Shown piece after piece: positions 52,294-61,569 of a stretch of DNA of 64,000 bases. The stretch is from Squalus acanthias (Eukaryota). Below the pieces are notes generated by a model, which made no database searches, was not told the DNA's origin, and saw only the letters and a program-made list of their open reading frames with translations. The stretch is taken from positions 68,202,001 through 68,266,000 of the forward strand of contig CM059432.1 in NCBI GenBank assembly GCA_030390025.1, written 5' to 3'. A program made the translations under genes and the position numbers. Numbering within the stretch: the stretch's first letter is position 1; every line of letters begins with the position of its first letter.

Positions 52294-53949
52294 TGTAAGG
52301 GGTTTCGGTTCGGGGTGCTTGTGCGGGGTTAGGCCTTCGTTGCCTAATACTATTGCTTGCTCTGGTCTCCGGCCAGCCTTGTTGCAATAAGCACCTGTGA
52401 GTGGTTCGACCCACTCGCCGTTACGGTTCTAACACTGGACTTAGGTGCGAGAGCAGTAATGCAGAGAAAACTCAAATAGACCCGGTTGAATAGTACGAAA
52501 TGGAAATCTTTATTGCATAACGTCCAAAATCATGAAGTACATGTCATAGGCACAAATTAATGACAGTACAAGTATACATACATTCATAAAACTTGGTCTA
52601 GGGTAATGAGGAACGCACGGCACATCGTAAAAAGGGGAACACATTATATTTATCCTTAATAAAAACCACCCTCCCCTATCAATACCTACACTAATCTAGA
52701 TTTGTAGGATCGAGGAAACATACTCACCACTCGTGATACTTCGGAGAATTTTAAACGAGGCACTCGGCTTGTTTTGCTGCAACACCTGACTGTCACGTGT
52801 TGGAAGGGGTCTCTGTACCCCACTTGTTTATCTTCTCTGCTCCGGCTAGCAGGCTGGGCTCCCCGTTGTCATGAAGAACTCGACAGTGCTCGGGCCCGGC
52901 TGTAGAACTCAAAGAAAAGTCTTTCTGGACCGACACCAGTTAGCCGGTAAAATTCAAAGAAGTGTCTTCCTGTATTGATACCGGTTGTCGATAGAATTCG
53001 AAAGAGAGTCTTCCACTAGTTCGGCAGCAACCTGATAGAGTTCAAAAATGGTCTTTATATTTACGGGCGCGGTCGGGGTTTACTGACCGCGGCGGCACGT
53101 GGATTCTTCTTCTTCTCTTCTCATCTCGTCTCGTCGGGCCTTCGGGTCCAGAACACCGTTTACCGACCCTCGGGATGGTGCACCCGGTCACTGGCCTTCG
53201 TCGAGGCGACTCGTTCCAAATTGAGCTCCACCCAACATAGGAGAATAAAAGTTCAGCCCCCGTCAAGAGTCAGTTCAAACGAATAAGCCCCGGGAGGATC
53301 AGAGGAATAAGAGAGCGATGGACGTTTGTTCACTATAGTTATAGTGCTGTGTTCCCTTATCTCCCGCCCAAATCTTAATGTTCATCCTTTGTAAAATCTT
53401 GGCGCTCAAAATTCCCAGTATGGGGTGATTCTTTCCTTTAATGGGTTTCGGTAGCACCTTAAACTGGCCAACTATCTGTTAATGTTTTCCCCATTGTTGA
53501 ACCGGCTAGGATCCTCCCTGGCAGGGTTTTGGGGGCCTCCGAATACTTGTATAAGTACCTGAGAATGGCTCTCTCATTGTAGAGCCGGGGGGAATTTGCG
53601 TATTGACGTATCTGGATGGGCCTTCGATTGCCCTTTACAATGGTCCTTACTTGTGCATGGAAAATGATTCCAGCACTTATATCTTTGCTATTGTGTCGAA
53701 TGCAGACAGGTTGCATCCTGTCTTTATCAGTGTTTGCTGCGTATTAACCAATCTTATACTGAAATGTTTATTCGAACGCCATTTTGTCTGCCCACTGAAA
53801 ATTCTGGAAGCTTCTGCCACGAGGCGCGGCGGACATTTTACAGGCTTCTGTGTCCTGTTTAATCATGACAGCATTTCGTTGAAATAAAACTGATGAAACG
53901 AATCTGCTTTATCTCGTTATTTTGAATCGCGATAATTGCGAATTTTACA
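52294..53949 (-). mobile_element. 3' LTR (1656 bp) of an env-bearing LTR retroelement
   Basis: TGTAA...TTACA termini, preceded on the minus strand by the polypurine tract AGGAGGG-AC (53950-53958). Minus-strand TATAAA at 53054-53059 and AATAAA at 52509-52514. Confidence 0.8.
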
Positions 53950-54296
53950 GTCCCTCCTGTTGATGCGAATAACTCCGCTTATCGTATCAATTAAAAGTGG
54001 TGGTGAGCAAAATTATCCCGATTCTCCACATCCAAACACTCCCTTAACTTAAACTATCTAGGGTCTCCATGCCGTCCTCATTTCCCAGGGAAAATTACAT
54101 TATCTAACTTGGACAAAACCATAGGCAGTATTGCCTTTTAAACTTACATCGCGTATACGTCTTCCAGGTGCAACAGGCCGATGCCTCTCGCACCACCTGT
54201 ATATGCATTTTATTATACAAGGAGAAAAACTAATCAAACAACCATTTTAACAATACAAAAGTTAAAAATAATCAAACAACTCTTTTAAAATACAAA

Positions 54297-55189
54297 GGGG
54301 TAAAAATTCAGTTGGTTGCGCCTCCCGTTAGTGCCTTAAGAGGGCGCTAATGGGGCGCAAAGCCGCTAACGCCCGGGCGCAGCGATGTTTGCGCCGCTCG
54401 GGAACTTAACTAGAGATTGTTCGGCGGCGCTAAACTTTACCGCTGCGACCACCTGCGCGCGCAGATTGTGACGTCATTCCATGGTGCAACACCCTTGTGG
54501 CGCCCCGGAGCGGAAATTGAGTGGTGCCCCCTGCCTTACCGCCTGGCGCATCCAACGACCAGAAGACTGGAACGCTATCAATCGCTGTGGGGCTGGGGGG
54601 GGCGCTATTTAAAGGGGGCCTCTTCCTGTCTTTTATTGTTGGTGGCATTTTTGAACTACGCATTCTGAGAGAGAGAGGGAGAGACTTCTGGAGAGATTCA
54701 ACGTTGTGTGAAGGAGTTTTGGGTACTGAGCAGCACTTTGCAGGTTCATTTTGATTTGCCATTCCTTGTATCGATTTAGCAGAGACTGTGGGAGCTGCAC
54801 TCTGAGCTCTTTGCCTGGTACTCTCCATTGTTCTTTCCAGCACATTTGATGTGCAAGTCTCTCCAGGCCGAGATTCAAGGCTGCAATGAACAGGATGTGG
54901 ATGGAAAGCAAGATTAACCATCCCCTTTAAGAACTGGCCCGTGCCATTGTGTGTGTGTTCCATTGCTGACTGACATTACATGAGCTTCGCCAGCGCTCTG
55001 AGTTAGCGCCTCACTCCTTGGCCTTTGCGCCTTAAGACAGGTGTGCAGCGCCTGATTTAGCGCTCCACTCACCTCCCGGGGCGGTAAAAGTGAAGTTTCC
55101 AGTCAGTGCCGATAATTAGCGCCAGGCGCTAATATTTGCGTCCAGACGATATTTGCGCCCCAAATGGGGCGCGACCTAATTTTTACCCC
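54297..55189. mobile_element. Harbinger-type MITE inserted between env and the polypurine tract
   Basis: Perfect 12-bp TIR GGGGTAAAAATT / AATTTTTACCCC and TSD AAA. Confidence 0.85.
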
Positions 55190-55279
55190 AAAGTTCCAAA
55201 CTTAGTTACATAGCTTTATAACTAACAATCAATTACAAAAAACACACATGGTAAAATGGAGCGGCGTCATCCTGGCCGT

Positions 55280-57584
55280 TTATGCGGCGCTTTCCTCGTT
55301 CACGCGCACGTAACGTTCTCTCCACTCTCCTGTGTTCTCCTCCTTTGTGAGGCGCTTGCCTCTCTTGCAGTGCACGACCAATAGGTACACTACAATTATT
55401 ACTTGGCACACAACTAAAATGTGGGAGGCTATCCTGATCCATGAAGGCACTTCAATATTGGTGAACAGGTCCCACCACGGTGGGATTACTATGTCTAGAA
55501 TTTCTGTCCCTATCTTGACAGTCTTTTGTTCTAGGGTGTAAAAATGTTTTTGCGATACCGCGACGGCTTTCAAAAGCTTGGTGAGGTGTTCAGGGAGAGG
55601 GGGAATGATGTATCCGAAATGCGCGACGAATCGCTGCAAGTTGGTGAAATTCTCTTTTACTGTTAGATGAACAGTGGATGGTTCAGGGATCGGGACAATT
55701 CGCTGCTGTGCCACTTGAACTTCAGCCCTGGGTTTAAAACAGAAACTGCTGTCACTCACCGGACACCGGCTGCGGTCTCCATGCTGGTAGTGTTGCGCTG
55801 CAGTGGTAACGCAATATGTTCCACCCACTATGTATGCCACCTGCGGAGGCACATGATCTTGTGTGCAATTCATGGACTTGGCGCCAGCCGTTCTGAACCC
55901 GCATTGTGGTGTTAAAAAAGCATTCAAGTGCTGGGGACACAGGATTATGTGTGCTCCCCGACCACGACAACCCGAGAGATCGGTACCTGTCATCGTTTGC
56001 TCCCAACGGATGACGTAAGGTGGGACCGCTGCGTAGCGAATGTGGGCTCCCCGCTGAATGACACCAATGTTCTCTACCCAATACACCGGGGCGGGCTTTG
56101 CTGTGTCGCCCAAAACTGGCATACGTAATACTATACCCATGATGATATGGTTCGACCGTCCGCAGTCCACGGGGACTGGGTATGCCTCTGAGGCTAGCCT
56201 GAGCTGGCACGGGCTTAATGCGTTCTGAAAAGGGTGGAGCGCCTGCAGGTGTTTGTTACTTATCCAGGACGGGACCAAACCTTGTTTTAAATCCTCCAAA
56301 TTACTGCGGCCCTCGCCCAGTAACCACGCCCCGTATAGTACGCACACCTCGTTCTGCGCAGCTTGATCGGATGCATTCCGATCTTCCCTAATCAGGGCAT
56401 TTACCGTTCTCGCATGCTTCTCCAGCTCTGCTATAATTTCCTTTAAGTGTAGCGTCATGGCCTGGTCCTCATGTAACTCAGACCCTACTACCTTGTTTTC
56501 GCTTGTGAGGATGCCTTTTAATTGTGTTTTTAAACCATTGATCTGGGTCTGCAGCTCCACGTTGTCTAGAGCATTGACCACAGATGTTCCTGTATTAAAG
56601 GCGGTGAACATATCGTTCACAATACCCCTTCTTTGTCTCCCCACCTGACCCAAAACTTCGTGTGGTGTGGTGTACAAGCTTGTCTTGTCAATCTCTGCAA
56701 AATCAAACTCGTAGAATTGTCTAAACATGTTTGTCAACAGGACCTGGTACAATTGTTCCATCTCTTTGGGGCACCACTCTGGCAACCGCACCTCGGTGAG
56801 ATTTAAAATCACCGAGGCCACCGCGTAATGTACCCCCTGAAATAGTATCTGGTCTGTTGGGACCAGTACCAAACCATTCCCGGGCCCCTTAGTGGTTTTA
56901 GGGCACCCTTCCTCCTGAGCCAAAACCACCGGAATCGTGGGCGGGGCCTTGCGTGGGCGCGTGATGAGTTCAGTGGCGTTTACCGGGATCGGGGAGTATG
57001 GAGCTCTGCACCCCCTTGTGCTGACATCCCACCTCATCCCTTTCCCATTATCCTGCCACTGGTGCACGAAAAATATGGATATACCCTTGGGGCAGACGGA
57101 CTTCGATCCCCACAAACAAACATAAATTCCCTCATCCGGTTCCCACCATTTGTCCCAACAGACTTTCAATTGTCCGTTAGTCCCCGTAATTGTCCGATGG
57201 GTATTGTTACCCAATCGCTCCCACTCGACCGAGGAATTTCTCATATTCTTGCTCAATTTCCGTAACCACCACCATCGGCTCAATGGGACCTTCCCATTGC
57301 ATGTCAAACAAATCCTTTTGCCGACGGTGACGCTGATTCTGGGTGCAATGATCCTCACTCTGGGGCACAGTAAAGAAGTCTCTTTGTAGGCAAATCCCGA
57401 TGCACTGGAGTATTCCGTTGAATTCGTTCCCAGCCATCCCGGCCACCTACCCTTGTGGAAATAAGTGGCGGTCTCCTCAGCCTTTCGCTTCCCGGTCCCA
57501 TCCGTCGCGATGGGGGCCGTGTCCCCGGAGCAACCAAACACAACGACATCCTTGGTGAGGCCCCGATAGGCCAATCCATATCCA
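55280..57584 (-). CDS. Envelope-like class I (F-type) fusion glycoprotein of an LTR retroelement; 5'-truncated, about 767 uninterrupted codons, with N-terminal Ig-like domain
   Basis: Furin site RQRR|GIVNDMFTAFNTGTSVVNALD (56627-56638), following heptad repeat, Cys-rich region, TM IASHILVVCQVIIVVYLLVVHC (about 55367-55432), short tail and several N-x-S/T sites. Lies upstream of the polypurine tract and LTR. Confidence 0.85.
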
Positions 57585-60500
57585 ATAAGTGGCAGGTTAC
57601 ATTCGCGCCACAGAAGTGCCAGGCATTGACTATCTCCAACAAGCGAGAGTCTAACCACCTCCCCTTGACATTCAATGGCATTACCATCGCCGAATCCCCC
57701 ACTATCAACATCCTGAGGGTCACCATTAACCAGAAATTTAACTGGACCAGCCACATAAATACTGTGGCAACAAGAGCAGGTCAGAGGCTAGGTATTCTGT
57801 GGCGAGTGTCTCACCTCCTGCCTCCCCAAAGCCTTTCCACCATCTACAAGGCACAAGTTAGGAGTGTGATGGAATACTCTCCACTTGCCTGGATGAGTGC
57901 AGCTCCAACAACACTCAAGAAGCTCGACACCATCCAGGACAAAGCAGCCCGCTTGATTGGCACCCCATCCACCACCTTAAACATTCACTCCCTCCACCAC
58001 CAGCGTACCGTGGCTGCAGTGTGTACCATCTACAAGATGCACTGCAGCAACTCGCCAAGGCTTCTTTGGCAGCACCTCCCAAACCCGCGACCTCTTCCAC
58101 CTAGAAGGACAAGTGCAGCAGGCGCATGGGAACACCACCACCTCCAAGTTCCCCTCCAAGTCACACACCATCCTGACTTAAAAGTATATCGCCGATCCTT
58201 CATTGTCGCTGGGTCAAAATCCTGGAACTCCCTCCCTAACAGCACTGCGGGAGTACCATCACCACACGGACTGTAGCGGTTCAAGAAGGCAGCTCACCAC
58301 CACCTTCTCAAGGGCAACTAGGGATGGGCAATAAATGCCCATAAACGAATAAAAAAAATTAAAAAATTTAAAAAAATTAAAAAATTGCAGCAAGACTTGC
58401 TTACTCTTGTACTCCAACCCCCTTGCAATAAAGGCCAACATACCATTGCATTCCTAATTGCTTGCTGTACCTGCATGTTAACTTGCGGTGTTTCATGTAC
58501 AAGGACACCCAAATCCCTCTGAACACCAACAGTTAATACTTTCACACAATTTTTAAAAATTCTGTGTTTCTATTCTTCCTACCAAAGTGAATAACCTCAG
58601 ATTTCCCCACATTATACTCCATCTGACACCTTCTTGCCTTTCTATATCCCTTTGCCATCTATTTCTGTCCTCCTCACAGCTTACTTTCCCACCTAGCTTT
58701 GTATTGGCAGCAAACTTGGATACATTACACTCGGTCCCTTCATCTAAGTCATTGATATAGATTGTAAATAGCTGAGGCCCTAACACTGATCCTTGCGGCA
58801 CCCCACTAGTTACAGCCTGCCAACCTGAAAATGACTCGTTTATTCCTACTCTCTGTTTTCTGTCCCTTAACCAATCCTCTATCCATGCTACTATATTATC
58901 CCCAACCCTATGAGCCCTTAGCTTGTGTAACAACCTTTTGAGTGCTACCTTATCGAATGCATTTGAAAATCCAAATATACTACATCCACTGGTTCCCCTT
59001 TATCTACCCTGCTAGTTACATCCTCAAAAAACACTAATAGATTTGTCAAACATGATTTCCCTTTCGTAAACCCATATTGACTCTGCCTAATCATATTATG
59101 ATTTTCTAAGTGCCCTGTTATCACTTCTTTAATAATGGATTCCAGCATTTTCCTGATGACTGATGGCAGGCTTACTGGCCTGTAATTCCCTGTTTTCTCT
59201 CTCCCTCCTTTCTGGAATGGCGGTGTTACATTTGCTACCTTCCAATCCATTGGGTCCGTTCCAGAATCAAGGGAGTTTTGGAAGACCACAACCAATGCAT
59301 CCACTAGCTCTGCAGCAACCTCTTTTAGAACCCTAGTATGTAGGCCATAAGATCCAGGGCATTTGTCGGCTTTTAGTCCCATTAAATTCTCCAGTACTTT
59401 TTCTTTACTAATATTAATTACTTTAAGTTCCTCACTCTCATTAGACCCTTGCTTCCCCTCTATTTCTGGTATACTTTTTGTGTCTTCTATTGTGAAGACA
59501 GATACAAGTATTTGTCTCTGCCATTTTCTTATTCCCAATTATAATTTCTTCTGTCTCAGCCGCGAAGGAACCCACATTTACTTTCGCTACTCTCTTCCTT
59601 ATTGTTCCTCTATTGTTCCTTAATTCTAACCAAATAGATTTTGTCTTTGAACCCTCTAGTACATCATCCCTTTCCAGTGCTGTAACAGTATTTTGAACAA
59701 AACTGCCCTGCCTCCCCCGCCGCCCCCCCCCCCGCTCCAATTTCCTTCCCTATCTTTCCTGAATGCATTGTAGCCAAGAATATTAAGTGCCCATTCCTCC
59801 CCTTGTTTGAGCCAAGTCTTCGTTATTGCCATCATATCATAATCCCTTCTGCCCGCAGCTCACCAAGCTTATTTACCACACTCCGAACATTTACGCACAT
59901 GCACTCTAAACCCATCTTAGTCTGCATCACATTACCCTCACCCCCCACCCCCGTCCAATCCCTCCTATTTATGAACTACTCTTTATTCTAATGTTGTTTG
60001 TCTCTCCCAGTCTTCTGTGCACATTGGTTCTCCTTTCTAATGCTTTATCCTGGTGCCCCTCCCCCTGCCAAATTAGTTTATACCCTCCCCCACAGCACTA
60101 GTTAACCTCGCAACAAGGATATTGGGCTCAGCCCTGTTGAGGTTAAACCCATCCATTTTGTAGAGGTCCCTTCTGCCTCAGAACTGGTCCCAATGCCCCA
60201 GGAATCTGAAGCCCTCCCTCCTGCACCATTTCTCCAGCCACGTGTTAACCTGTCTTATCTTACTGCTCCTATACTCACTAGCATGTGACACTGGGAGTAA
60301 TCCAGAGATTACTACCTTTGAGGTCCTGCTTTTTAACTTCCTACCTAGCTCCTGAATCTCTGCCTGTAAGACCTCAATCCTTTTCCTCCCTACATCATTG
60401 GTTCCAACATGGGCCAGGACTCTGGTGCCTCCCCTTCCCCCTACAAAATGTTTTGTGCCCATTCAGTGATGTCCTTTACCCTGGCACCAGGGAGGCAACA

Positions 60501-60699
60501 CACCTTACGTGACTCACATTGGCAGTTGCAGAAGTGCCTGTCTATCCCCCGACTATCAAATTCACTATGACTACGGCATGTCTACACTTTGCTGTGCTCC
60601 TCTGTGCAGTCATTTGCCCCACAGTGCCGTGGATGTGCTGTAGACTACACTCCCCCGAGGTGTCATCACCCTCACCAGTATTCAGCAATAAACCTACTC

Positions 60700-61550
60700 C
60701 AGTGTCTACCAGTTGCAAAAGATATTGAGCAAACCAGCTGATACTGCGCACTTGTATTCGATGGCCACCCTGACATGTACCAGAGCTCTGAACATTGATA
60801 AGCAGGCGGAGAGGTACATCTGAGGAGTGATTCAAATGCACCTGCAAATAATGAGAAATGCCAAACAGACCTGCTCGTGCATGCACACTGCGGCTTTTAA
60901 ATAGCAGCAGTCAAAACCTGGACCCTAACAATGGAAAGTTAAGATAAACCATTACAGAAAGAAAGAGAGCAGTGGCAGATGACAGACTGCTCCCGCCCCC
61001 CAAACCACCGATCTTTTACCCCATACGAGGAAGAAGCCATCTGAGGTGCTGAAGACGGAGAAGTAGGAGGGAAGCCGACATCTCAGAGTTCATTAATCAG
61101 GGTTATTCTATCATTCACCAACTAGCAACAAAGCGTATACTGGAGCTGTAAGCCATCCACTCCATCTAATGTAAGTTACATGTGAAGGGTACACATCAGG
61201 ACATCATTGTAACCTCTCTTCCTCCTTTCTTTCTCTAGATGTGGCAGAGGATGAAGAGTCAAGTCCCAGTCCACCAGCTATGCCAGCACATGCTGTGACT
61301 CACTCCAGTCATCTTAGGAACCAGCTCAGAGACATCCACAAAGCTAAAGGGCTACATTGGATGAGACACAGCATGATTGAGCAGAAGCAGCTAGTGATAG
61401 GATATGAGAAAGAGGAATTTGCTGAAAGGAGGGTCAGGTTGAGTCATGCCTCAATTAATAAGCCTGGGACCTGAAATGCATAGATCAATTACAGACAATC
61501 CTTAGGCAGAGCTTCAGTGATGTCAATGGGACCATTAAATCTGGTTTCAT
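60700..61550 (+). mobile_element. Possible degenerate Harbinger Myb-partner gene remnant
   Basis: Short intron-like segment (GTAAGT near 61171, pyrimidine tract and TAG near 61238) and an acidic/Ser-rich ORF, similar in layout to 7330-8610. Confidence 0.3.
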
Positions 61551-61569
61551 GCAGAGCTGTGCGCATGGT

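Larger units (their letters stand above)
52256..58384 (+). mobile_element. 5'-truncated Zenon-like LINE, own sequence 52256-52293 and 57585-58384, hosting the LTR element
   Basis: 52256-52293 matches the RKMVVVVGG segment of the 26530-27195 copy. 57585 onward encodes KWQVTFAP...LDTIQDKAARLIG. A-rich tail at 58348-58384. Confidence 0.85.
51667..59605 (-). mobile_element. Inner 5'-truncated CR1, own sequence 51667-52257 and about 58384-59605
   Basis: Tail AAGAACATAAGAAC; the LYRALVTPHLEYC region is split at CTGTACA|ATTGCAGC; RT motifs GVPQGSVLGPQLF and VYLDFQ. Confidence 0.88.
47588..60697 (-). mobile_element. Outer CR1 LINE, own sequence about 47588-51666 and 59606-60697, split by nested insertions
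   Basis: 3' tail TAGAATCATAGAA; RT and APE motifs; resumes at WLELRNNRG and ORF1 esterase HVGTND. TCCTCTAT is duplicated at 51659-51666 and 59606-59613. Confidence 0.8.

Noticed and set aside
52903..53013. CRISPR-like repeat-spacer array
   Set aside because: Vertebrate LTR context, only three degenerate units, and the spacers resemble each other.
54430..54963. 177-aa ORF after env as a viral accessory gene
   Set aside because: It lies wholly inside the later-inserted MITE (54297-55189) and has no recognisable motifs.
57585..57754. N-terminal 57 aa of the 824-aa ORF as a genuine env leader
   Set aside because: It is antisense LINE sequence and starts at GTG, not ATG.
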